Below, piece by piece: positions 31,163-39,170 of a DNA stretch of 64,000 bases. The stretch's first letter is position 1; every line of letters starts with the position of its first letter. The stretch spans positions 1 through 64,000 of the forward strand of contig JAZAMN010000062.1 of the NCBI GenBank assembly GCA_036229005.1, in the 5' to 3' direction. Source of the DNA: Myxococcota bacterium. GTDB taxonomy: Bacteria > Myxococcota_A > UBA796 > CAJQPC01. The notes beneath the pieces are model-generated. The model did not search any database. It was not told where the DNA came from and saw only the letters and a list, made by a program, of their open reading frames with translations. A program made the position numbers and the translations under genes.

Positions 31163-32170
31163 ATGCGGAAGCTGTCCCTGATCACCCTGCTGACCGCCGG
31201 TCTGCTGGCCACCACCGGCTGCAGCGGCGACGCCACCTCCACTCCGGAGGGCGCCAGCACCGAGCAGAGCGCAGAAGACATCGGCACGGTGCTCGCCACC
31301 GTGAACGGGATGAAGATCGGGTCCGTGGAGTTCGAGAGCGTGGCCGCTCGCCAGGCGCCTGCCGACGGCAAGGCCCTCTCGGCCGAAGAGCGCAAGGAGG
31401 TCCTGGACCGCCTGATCAACGAGCGCGTCCTCTACCAGGAGGCGCTGCGCAAGGGCCTGGACAAGGACGACAAGGTCAAGAAGGTGATGGTGAACACCCT
31501 GTTGCGGGAGGACGTGTACGCCAACGTCCGCAACTCGGACTTCACCGACGCCGAGCTGGAGGCCTACTTCGAGGCCAACAAGGACGACTTTGTCGTGCCC
31601 GAGAAGGTGCAGATCAAGCACATCCTGGTCCGCATCACCGAGGAGCGCCCCGAGGCGGAGGCCAAGGCCCTGGCCGAGGACATCCGCAAGCGCCTGGGCG
31701 GCGACCCGGCCAACAACTTCCGTCAGCTCGCGATCGACTTCTCCGAGGACGCCTACGCCCGCCGCGGCGGCGACGTCGGCTTCGTCTCCCAGGAGGGCAA
31801 GCCCGGCCTGGACCAGAGCATCGTGGACAAGGCCTTCGGCATGGAGGTCGGCCAGCTCTCGCAGGTCTTCCGCACCGACTCCGGCTTCTCCATCGTCTAC
31901 GTCGCGCAGAAGCGCGACCGCATGGAGCGCACCTTCCAGCAGATGAAGGGCAGCGTGCTGCGCAAGGTCAAGAACGACCGCCTCAACGACGTGCTCGAGG
32001 AGTACGTGAGCAAGCTCAAGGCCGACGCCGCCATCTCCATCGACGAGGCCGCCCTCCAGGCCGTGGAGATCGACGCCCGCGGCGGTCGCCCCACGCTCCC
32101 CGGCTTCACGCCCGCCACCCCGGAGCTCTCCGGAGCCCCCGCGGGTGAGGTGAAGGACCTGCAGGAGTGA
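31163..32170 (+). CDS. PpiC/parvulin-type peptidyl-prolyl isomerase lipoprotein
   Basis: Lipobox ATTGC, VLATVNG, IKHILV, FRQLAIDFSED, RGGDVGF, AF.MEVGQLS. Confidence 0.9.
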   Translation: MRKLSLITLLTAGLLATTGCSGDATSTPEGASTEQSAEDIGTVLATVNGMKIGSVEFESVAARQAPADGKALSAEERKEVLDRLINERVLYQEALRKGLDKDDKVKKVMVNTLLREDVYANVRNSDFTDAELEAYFEANKDDFVVPEKVQIKHILVRITEERPEAEAKALAEDIRKRLGGDPANNFRQLAIDFSEDAYARRGGDVGFVSQEGKPGLDQSIVDKAFGMEVGQLSQVFRTDSGFSIVYVAQKRDRMERTFQQMKGSVLRKVKNDRLNDVLEEYVSKLKADAAISIDEAALQAVEIDARGGRPTLPGFTPATPELSGAPAGEVKDLQE

Positions 32171-33147
32171 AGCGCGCTCTGCTGGCCCTGGCGCTCCTGG
32201 CCCCCGTGGCCCTGACCGCGGCGCAGCCCGCGCAGGCGGAGATCGTGGACCGCGTGGCGGCGGTGGTGAACAAGGAAGTCATCACCCTGTCCGAGATCTA
32301 CGACTACGCCGGGGACTTCATCGAGCAGCAGGTGCTGGGGGCGCCCGCGAACGACCCCCGACGCCGGGCCATGGAGCTGGACGTGCTGGACTTCCTGATC
32401 CAGCGCCAGCTCATCAACCAGGAGATCCAGCGCCTGGGCATGGACGTCACCCGCGAGGAGCTCGACCGCGCGATGGAGGACACCGCGCGCCAGAATGGGC
32501 TCACCCGCGACCAGCTCCGGGTCGAGGTCGAGCGCAGCGGAATGAGCTGGGCGACCTACCGCTCCGAGACCGAAGACGCCCTGCGCCAGATGAAGTTCAA
32601 CCAGATCGTCCTGCTGCCCCGGGTGGCGGTCACGGACGACGAGATCCTGGACTTCTACCAGCGCCGCCTCAAGAACTCCGGCGCCACCACGGGCGCCCTG
32701 GAGCTGTCCGTCATCTTCCTGCCCCCCGCCGGGGATGAGGCCGCTCAGGAGGCCCTCCTGGAGCGCGCCCAGGGCATCAGCGATGCGGCGCAGGCGGGCG
32801 CGGACTGGACCCAGCTCGTCTCGGAGAACCCCGACAGCCTCTACGCCTCCCAGGGGGGCGACATGGGCGCGCTCGCCAAGGACGAGGCCGTTCCCGAGCT
32901 TCAGGTGCTCTTCACCCTCCCGATCGGGGCGGTGAGCGCACCCATCGTGCTGTCCAACGGCGCGGTCGCGGTGGTCAAGGTCATGGGAGAGGAGGCCGGA
33001 CAGGCTCCGCCCCTGGAGCTGGTCCGGGAAGACCTCTACAACGAGCTTGCCCAGCGAAAGCTGCAGGAGGAGATGGAGCTCTGGTACGCCCAGGCCCGTC
33101 GCACCGCATCGGTGCGCATCCTCCTGGAGTCCGCGGATGGCTTCTGA
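32167..33147 (+). CDS. surA: SurA-family periplasmic chaperone
   Basis: EIVDRVAAVVNKEVITLSE SurA N-domain, degenerate rotamase (QGGDMG), directly upstream of pdxA. Confidence 0.82.
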   Translation: MKRALLALALLAPVALTAAQPAQAEIVDRVAAVVNKEVITLSEIYDYAGDFIEQQVLGAPANDPRRRAMELDVLDFLIQRQLINQEIQRLGMDVTREELDRAMEDTARQNGLTRDQLRVEVERSGMSWATYRSETEDALRQMKFNQIVLLPRVAVTDDEILDFYQRRLKNSGATTGALELSVIFLPPAGDEAAQEALLERAQGISDAAQAGADWTQLVSENPDSLYASQGGDMGALAKDEAVPELQVLFTLPIGAVSAPIVLSNGAVAVVKVMGEEAGQAPPLELVREDLYNELAQRKLQEEMELWYAQARRTASVRILLESADGF

Positions 33148-34078
33148 GCGGCTGCCGCTGGTCATCACCCCCGGTGACCCCCTGGGCATCGGGCCGGAGA
33201 TCAGCGCCAAGGCCCTGCGCTCCCTGAACCTGGACGTCGTGGTGGCCGGTCACGGTCCCGCGGTGGAGAGGTGGACCGGGAGCTTGCCTCGGGTCGATGG
33301 GATCACCCCCGGAGCTGGGGTGCGTCTGCTGGACACCTCGACACTGGACGGCCCCTGCGAGGTCACCGCGATCCGCTTGGCCGTGGAGGCCTGCCTGGAC
33401 GGGCGCGCGGCCGCTCTGGTCACCGGCCCCATCCACAAGGCCCGGCTGGCGGCCCAAGGCTTCCACCACCCTGGACACACGGACTTCCTGGGGGAGCTCT
33501 GCGGCGTGGACGCGCCGGTGATGGGCTTCGTGGGCGGCAGCCTGCGGGTGGCGCTCGTCACGGTGCACCTGCCCCTCTCACAGGTGGCTCAGGCCGTCAC
33601 CCAGCCCCGGGTGCTCCACACCCTCAAGACCGCCCACGAGGCCCTGCAGCGGGACCTTGGCCTCGCTGAGCCCAGGTTGCTGGTGTGTGGACTCAACCCC
33701 CACGCCGGAGACGGTGGGCTGCTCGGGCGCGAGGAGCTGCAGATCATCCAGCCCGCCATCGCACAGGCCCGGGCGCTGGGCATCCAGGCCATCGGACCGG
33801 TGTCCTCGGAGGCGGCCTTCCGCATCGCCCAGCGGGGAGACGCCGACATGGTGGTGGCGATGTACCACGACCAGGGACTCGCCCCGCTCAAGCTCGTCGA
33901 CTTTGGGCAGAGCGTGAACTGGACCCTGGGGCTGCCCATCATCCGAACCAGCGTGGACCACGGAACGGCCGACGACATCGCGGGCCAGGGCGTCGCGGAT
34001 CCGCGCTCCATGCTCGCCGCCATCACCCTGGCGGAGGAGCTGGCGCGCTCCCGGGGGCTCAGCCAGAGGTCAGCGTGA
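33137..34078 (+). CDS. pdxA: 4-hydroxythreonine-4-phosphate dehydrogenase
   Basis: TPGDPLGIGPEI, TGPIHK, PGHTDFL, GLNPHAGD, AMYHDQGL, GLPIIRTSVDHGTA. Confidence 0.96.
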   Translation: MASERLPLVITPGDPLGIGPEISAKALRSLNLDVVVAGHGPAVERWTGSLPRVDGITPGAGVRLLDTSTLDGPCEVTAIRLAVEACLDGRAAALVTGPIHKARLAAQGFHHPGHTDFLGELCGVDAPVMGFVGGSLRVALVTVHLPLSQVAQAVTQPRVLHTLKTAHEALQRDLGLAEPRLLVCGLNPHAGDGGLLGREELQIIQPAIAQARALGIQAIGPVSSEAAFRIAQRGDADMVVAMYHDQGLAPLKLVDFGQSVNWTLGLPIIRTSVDHGTADDIAGQGVADPRSMLAAITLAEELARSRGLSQRSA

Positions 34079-34589
34079 GCACGTCGCAGCTATCGGTGTT
34101 CTCGAACACCCGCAGGTTCTGGTTGTCCGTGGAGAACACGGCGCAGTAGCCCAGGCGGCCCTCCGTGTCCCAGATGTTCAGGCGCCAGGCCAGGTCTCCG
34201 GAGGCGAAGTCCGAGCAGCGCAGCAGGGTGCTGCCGCCCAGCACGACGTCGTCTTCGTCAAAGACCACCTCCAGGGAGGTGTCGTAGGCCCAGCCGAGCT
34301 GTTCGCCCACGTAGTCCGGGCCGTTCAGGGGGTGGATCTCGGAGATCTGCTCGTCGATCGTGTCGCCCACGAGCACGGTGTGCAGCTCGGCGTAGTCGGG
34401 GTCGCCGTTGGCGCTGATCTCGTAGGTCCACAGGTCCGGGGACAGGCTGTCGTCGCACTCGATGCGGATGTCCGTAGGCCAGACCGTGTTGACGGCCACG
34501 CCGGTGTCGTCCACGCCGCCTGCGCAGTTTGGGAAGAGCACACCCAGGAGTCCGAAGAGCACGTTCGCCGTCCAGTCAGTCAGGGTCAC
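34059..34589 (-). CDS. Hypothetical Cys-containing exported/lipoprotein (paralog 4 of tandem array)
   Basis: Hydrophobic N-terminus ending FPNC. Shares the four-Cys pattern with its neighbours. Confidence 0.72.
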   Translation of the reverse strand: MTLTDWTANVLFGLLGVLFPNCAGGVDDTGVAVNTVWPTDIRIECDDSLSPDLWTYEISANGDPDYAELHTVLVGDTIDEQISEIHPLNGPDYVGEQLGWAYDTSLEVVFDEDDVVLGGSTLLRCSDFASGDLAWRLNIWDTEGRLGYCAVFSTDNQNLRVFENTDSCDVLTLTSG

Positions 34590-34640
34590 CTTAGCCGGTA
34601 GGGCCGGGGACCGCCGCTTTGGGGCTCAGGCCCAGATGCG

Positions 34641-34680
34641 ACAAACCCCCGAGCCGCCGAAGCGACCCGGGGGTCTGTTT
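34641..34680 (-). terminator. Intrinsic terminator-like hairpin downstream of 34703..35368
   Basis: Minus strand ACAGACCCCCGGGTCGC-TTCG-GCGGCTCGGGGGTTTGT: long stem with a C(UUCG)G tetraloop ending in a short U run. Confidence 0.7.
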
Positions 34681-34702
34681 CAAGGGGCTGCGCCCTGGGA
34701 GA

Positions 34703-35368
34703 TCAATCCCAGAAGGAGCAGTCGGAAGCGACGGAGTCGTAGTAGCCGGAGCCGGCCTGGCCCCACTGGACGCAGGAGTTGCTGGAGCCGTCCTCGGAGG
34801 AGGCGACCAGGTAGAAGTCCAGGGTGGACAGACGGCTGTCGTTGCAGACGAACAGGGTGTTCTCAGCGTCGACGGCGGTGTAGTCGTCGGTGGTGTTCAG
34901 CTCGAGGTAGTAGAAGTCCCACCAGCCCTCAGCGTCGTACACCTGGTAGCTGCCGGTGGCGCTGCCAGCGAGGATCTCGACGGCGGTGTGCTGACCGGAC
35001 TCTTCCCAGCCGTTGGACAGGTCCTGGTAGATGTTGATCTCGACGTCGGAGGCCCAACCCAGGGTGAACACGTCGAACCAGTAGCCGACCTCGTCACAGT
35101 TGACGGAGACGGAGTCGGTGCTTGCGTCCAGAGCGGTGCCGGAGCCGTCGGCCACGATGTCGCCGTCAGCGTTCTCGGTGGGGGCGCTGCAGGCGGCGGT
35201 GTCGATGCCCAGAGCGAAGCTGCCGTCGTAGTCACCGCAACCGGTGGTGCTGCCGCTGTCGTCGGTGTCCTCGCAGCCAGCGGTGTCGCTGCTGTCGCAG
35301 CCGGAATCCTTCACGCAGGCGGTGCCGAACACTGCCAGGGCGCCGATGGCGAAAATGTACTTGTGCAT
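34703..35368 (-). CDS. Hypothetical acidic lipoprotein (paralog 3 of tandem array)
   Basis: GGAGA RBS, canonical signal MHKYIFAIGALAVFGTAC, VNCD/TLFVC/SCVQWG/DC pattern. Confidence 0.82.
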   Translation of the reverse strand: MHKYIFAIGALAVFGTACVKDSGCDSSDTAGCEDTDDSGSTTGCGDYDGSFALGIDTAACSAPTENADGDIVADGSGTALDASTDSVSVNCDEVGYWFDVFTLGWASDVEINIYQDLSNGWEESGQHTAVEILAGSATGSYQVYDAEGWWDFYYLELNTTDDYTAVDAENTLFVCNDSRLSTLDFYLVASSEDGSSNSCVQWGQAGSGYYDSVASDCSFWD

Positions 35369-35517
35369 GTTGCGTCTCCATGGTTGGGCCGAACAGGACC
35401 CGGGGGCAAGGTAGTCGAGGCAGCCATGGGGTGGCCACTCCGATTCCCGTCCGGGTTATCGCGATGTCAGATCTTCATCAAGGCGGGCTGCACTGCAAAG
35501 CAGGAGGAATGTCAGCT

Positions 35518-35973
35518 TTACTCAAGGGAGGCGCAGTCCGGCATATCGAGCAGATCCGCCCAGCTTGTGGGCTGTCCCCACACCCGGCAGTCGGCCTCCG
35601 AATCCCCCCGCGAGGACTCCACGCCCAGGCGGAACGCCAGGTCCTCGAGCTCGCCGCAGACAAAGACCGTGCTCTCCCCATCCTGCTGGTCTCGGGGGTC
35701 GGCGACCGACTCCAGCTCCAGGGCCAGCTCCTCCCACGCCCCGTCGGGATCGGCCCGCTGGCTGCGCAGGCTGTGGGCTTCCACGCGGCCGGTCTCCGGG
35801 GCCAGCACCCAGAGCGTGGCGCCCGCGGTCCATCCCTGGATCCGGAGGTCGAGGAGGTAGAGGTCCTGTTCCCGATCACAGTCCACCACCACCGACTCGA
35901 TCTGCGTGGACACCTGAGAACCACTGTCCACCGGCGAGGTCCCCTCGGCGCAGGCCAGCAGCCAGATCAGCAC
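35518..35973 (-). CDS. Hypothetical lipoprotein (paralog 2 of tandem array)
   Basis: GTG start, LIWLLAC, VDCD/TVFVC/DCRVWG/DC pattern. Confidence 0.75.
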   Translation of the reverse strand: MLIWLLACAEGTSPVDSGSQVSTQIESVVVDCDREQDLYLLDLRIQGWTAGATLWVLAPETGRVEAHSLRSQRADPDGAWEELALELESVADPRDQQDGESTVFVCGELEDLAFRLGVESSRGDSEADCRVWGQPTSWADLLDMPDCASLE

Positions 35974-36326
35974 GGCTGGGCGTCCTCGTCCCAGCAGTCC
36001 AGCAGGGCGCCCTGGGCGTCGCGGAGCTCGACGCGCCAGCCCGTCAGGGACTCGCAGGGCAGCTCCTCCTCCAGGGAGAAGGAGAGCCTCCAGGCCTGCC
36101 AGGTCCCCGCGCCGTCGCTGTCGATCAGGGTGAGCGGGCGCTCGGTGGGGGCCAGGACCCAGGACGCGGCGCTGGCCTGACCGGCGCTGTCTGCGCTCAG
36201 GCTGACCGCGCCGTCCACGCAGAGCAGCTCCAGGCTGCTCCACGCCGGGGGGCGCGCCTGCAGGCTCGGCGGGCCGGAGTCCGCGGTCTCGGCGCCGCCA
36301 CAGGCCAGGAGCAGCAGCGGGATCAC
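35967..36326 (-). CDS. Hypothetical lipoprotein (paralog 1 of tandem array, shortened)
   Basis: MIPLLLLAC, GTGA overlap with the hflX stop, four further Cys. Confidence 0.72.
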   Translation of the reverse strand: MIPLLLLACGGAETADSGPPSLQARPPAWSSLELLCVDGAVSLSADSAGQASAASWVLAPTERPLTLIDSDGAGTWQAWRLSFSLEEELPCESLTGWRVELRDAQGALLDCWDEDAQPC

Positions 36327-38011
36327 GGGTGAGGCTCCCCGTCCAGGCGGGCGCGCTCCTTGGCGCGGGCCTTGGCCTTGGCGCGGAAGAGGCTCTGCTC
36401 GATGCGCTCCATGAGCTGGTGCAGGCCCTCGCCGCTGATGGCCGACACAAAGAGCGCGTCCGGGTGGTCCAGGGCCAGCGCGTCGCGCTGCTCAGAGGAG
36501 ATGCTGTCCAGCTTGTTGAACACCAGGAGCTGCGGGGTGCGTTCGCATCCCAGGCGCTCCAGCACGTTCTGCACGGACTGGATGTGGGTGGCGGACTCGC
36601 TGGAGCCGGCGTCGACCACGTGCAGCAGCAGGTCGGCTTCGACGACCTCCTCCAGGGTGGAGCGGAAGGCCTCGACCAGCTCTTTGGGGAGCTCGCGGAT
36701 GAAGCCCACGGTGTCGGTCAAGATGACCTCGCGGTCCCGGGGGAAGCGCAGGCGCCTGGAGGTGGGGTCCAGGGTCGCGAACAGCTTGTCCTCGGCGTCG
36801 ACCTCAGAGCGCGTCATCCGGTTGAGCAGGGTCGATTTGCCCGCGTTGGTGTACCCGACAATGGAGACCAGGGGCAGACCCACCTTCCTCCGCCGGTCCC
36901 GCCGCATGGCGCGCTGCTTGCCGCGCTTCTTGAGCTCTGCGCTCAGGCGGTTCTCGCGCTCGTCGGCGCGACGCCGGTTGATCTCCAGCTTGGTCTCACC
37001 GGGGCCTCGCCCGCCGATGCCACCGGTGAGGCGGGACATGGCGGTGGGCATGACCTTGAGGCGGGGCTTGCGGTAGCGGAGCTGGGCCAGCTCGACCTGG
37101 AGCTTGCCCTCCTTGGTCTGGGCGCGCTGGGCGAAGATGTCCAGGATGAGCTGGGTGCGATCCAGCACCTTGAGCTCGGTCTCCGTGGCCACGTTTCGGA
37201 GCTGGGAGGGGGAGAGCTCGCGGTCGAACACCAGCACCTCGGCGTCCAGGTGCATGGAGCGCAGCAGCGCGTCCTGGAGCTTGCCCTTGCCGATGAGGGT
37301 GCGCTGGTCCGGGCGGTCGCGGAACTGGACGATGCGGTCGGCCACCTGCAGGCCGGAGGTCTGGGCCAGGCGCTCCAGCTCCTCCAGGCGCAGGCGTGCC
37401 TCTTCGGCGTCCTGGCCGCCGACGCCGATGAGGATGGCCTTGACGCCGTCCTGCACCTTCTCGGGGCCGCTGGAGCGGGCGTGGCGGGCCTCCAGATCCT
37501 CGATGAAGGCGCCGTAGTCCTCCTCCCAGTCGTAGACGCCGTCGCGCTGCTCGACGCGCCAGATGTCCTCGTTCCCGTGGACCTCGTGCGGGGGGAGCGC
37601 GTAGGCGTACTCGATGGGCCCGGGCAGGCCCTCGGGGTTGGACTGCATCACGACCACGCAGTCCAGCGAGAGCAGGGAGAGGTCGGTGAAGTTGTCCTTG
37701 GTCAGGCCCTCGCCGCGCAGGTGGGTGACGACCAGCCGCAGGCCACGGAAGCGCCCCGAGCCGGCGCGGGAGCGGCCCAGATCGGGGATGAAGATGGAGT
37801 GGGCGTCGCCGACCAGGACGAACTTGACGTAGCCCAGGCGATCCACGAGCAGGCCCACCTGGCGGCGGGTCTCGCGGGAGATCGAGGCCATCCGGCGCGC
37901 GACGGGGACCGTCAGGAAGCGGCCCTGGGGCACGCGGGACCGGAACAGGGACTTGAGGGCCTTGACCTGCGAGGCCTTGAGCCCTTCGGTGTTTCCGCTG
38001 AGATCGGGGAT
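36323..38011 (-). CDS. hflX: GTPase HflX (long N-terminal form)
   Basis: GNTEGLK N-extension, IGKGK, LILDIFAQRA, GPGETKLE, VGYTNAGKSTL, LFATLDPT, DTVGFI, NKLD. Start uncertain (see findings). Confidence 0.96.
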   Translation of the reverse strand: MPDLSGNTEGLKASQVKALKSLFRSRVPQGRFLTVPVARRMASISRETRRQVGLLVDRLGYVKFVLVGDAHSIFIPDLGRSRAGSGRFRGLRLVVTHLRGEGLTKDNFTDLSLLSLDCVVVMQSNPEGLPGPIEYAYALPPHEVHGNEDIWRVEQRDGVYDWEEDYGAFIEDLEARHARSSGPEKVQDGVKAILIGVGGQDAEEARLRLEELERLAQTSGLQVADRIVQFRDRPDQRTLIGKGKLQDALLRSMHLDAEVLVFDRELSPSQLRNVATETELKVLDRTQLILDIFAQRAQTKEGKLQVELAQLRYRKPRLKVMPTAMSRLTGGIGGRGPGETKLEINRRRADERENRLSAELKKRGKQRAMRRDRRRKVGLPLVSIVGYTNAGKSTLLNRMTRSEVDAEDKLFATLDPTSRRLRFPRDREVILTDTVGFIRELPKELVEAFRSTLEEVVEADLLLHVVDAGSSESATHIQSVQNVLERLGCERTPQLLVFNKLDSISSEQRDALALDHPDALFVSAISGEGLHQLMERIEQSLFRAKAKARAKERARLDGEPHP

Positions 38012-38103
38012 GGCGTCCTCCAGGACGGGTGGGGTGGGCCGGGGAGCAATGCGCACAATCCCGCCCCTCGTCAAGGAGGGATTCGGGCGCTATGGCCTTG
38101 AAG

Positions 38104-39105
38104 ATGTCCTCGTCGATCTATCCCACAATGGCCTCCTTGGAGCTGCGCCGGGTGAGCTTCCTGTCCCACCCGGGCACGGGGGCGCAGGGGATGCTGGTGG
38201 TCGACGACCGCACCCTGGGGCCGCCGGTGATCGCGCTGCGGGTGGGGCTGCACGGCGACGAGCGGCACGCGCTGCAGGAGGCTGGTCGGCTGGCGCGCGC
38301 GATGACGCTGCGGGCTTCGCTGGCGGGGCTGGATCATGGCGGTGCGGCGCTGCTGGTCCAGGACCGCCCCACGATGGACCGCGCCCGGGCCTTTGAGTGG
38401 CTGGGCGGGGAGCTCTCCGATCTCGCGCGGAGCTGGGTCATCGGTGACCGCGGCGCGACCCGCCTGGACATGCGCGCTCTGGAGCAGGGCGGCGCCCGGG
38501 TGGACATGGAGCCCGACCTGCGCCGGGAGAGCATGGCCCGCGGGGTGGTGCGCGGACTCCAGCACCTCGCTCAGCGTCGGGAGCGTCGCCTGGAGGAGTG
38601 CTGCGTGGCGGTTCAGGGGGCGGGCCCCGAAGGGGAGGCTGTGGCCGCGCTGCTCTCGGCCATGGGCTGCGAGCTGGTCATCGCGGACCCGGACGCCCGC
38701 CGCGCGCGCGAGGTCGCGGACCGATTGGGGGCCCAGATGGTGCCTGCCCACGGCATCTGGTCGGCGTCCAAGGAGCTGCTGGCGCCCTGCGCGGCCGGGG
38801 GGCTGATCGGCCCCAAGACGGCGCCCCAGATCGAAGCCTTTGGCATCTGCGGTACCGCGACCCACCAGGTGGTGGATCTGGAGACCGCTCAGGCGCTCCA
38901 GGACCGCGGGATCCTGCATGTTCCGGGGGTGCTCTCGACCGCTGGGAGCTTGCCGGCCCACCCCTCGGAGCGGGCACCCGCTCTCAGCGACGAGACGCTC
39001 CTGTCCACCATCGAGGACATCCTGGACGAGGCGGAGGCCACCGGCAGGCCCCCCAGCCAGCTTGTTGATGAGCGGGCCTGGGAGCGCATTGAGCTCTCTG
39101 GCTGA
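38104..39105 (+). CDS. Glu/Leu/Phe/Val dehydrogenase-like protein, catalytic residues degenerate
   Basis: TLGP, RLARAMT, AGLDHGG, ARGV, VAVQGAG, APCAAGGLI collinear with LeuDH, but the conserved lysines are missing. Confidence 0.8.
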   Translation: MSSSIYPTMASLELRRVSFLSHPGTGAQGMLVVDDRTLGPPVIALRVGLHGDERHALQEAGRLARAMTLRASLAGLDHGGAALLVQDRPTMDRARAFEWLGGELSDLARSWVIGDRGATRLDMRALEQGGARVDMEPDLRRESMARGVVRGLQHLAQRRERRLEECCVAVQGAGPEGEAVAALLSAMGCELVIADPDARRAREVADRLGAQMVPAHGIWSASKELLAPCAAGGLIGPKTAPQIEAFGICGTATHQVVDLETAQALQDRGILHVPGVLSTAGSLPAHPSERAPALSDETLLSTIEDILDEAEATGRPPSQLVDERAWERIELSG

Positions 39106-39170
39106 CCTGCCGCAGGCAAGTCGGTGAATCTGTAGGCGGCGGCGGGATTATCTTGGGGGTGGAGGTGTGT

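Noticed and set aside
34059..34078. 20-nt convergent overlap of pdxA with the lipoprotein gene, and absence of rsmA after pdxA
   Set aside because: Short 3' overlaps and this gene-order variation are common, and there is no sign of truncation or insertion.
35422..35437. Sigma54-like GG-N10-GC (TGGCCACCCCATGGCT, minus strand) upstream of 34703..35368
   Set aside because: Poor match at -12 (TGGC rather than TTGC), and GG-N10-GC arises often by chance in GC-rich DNA.
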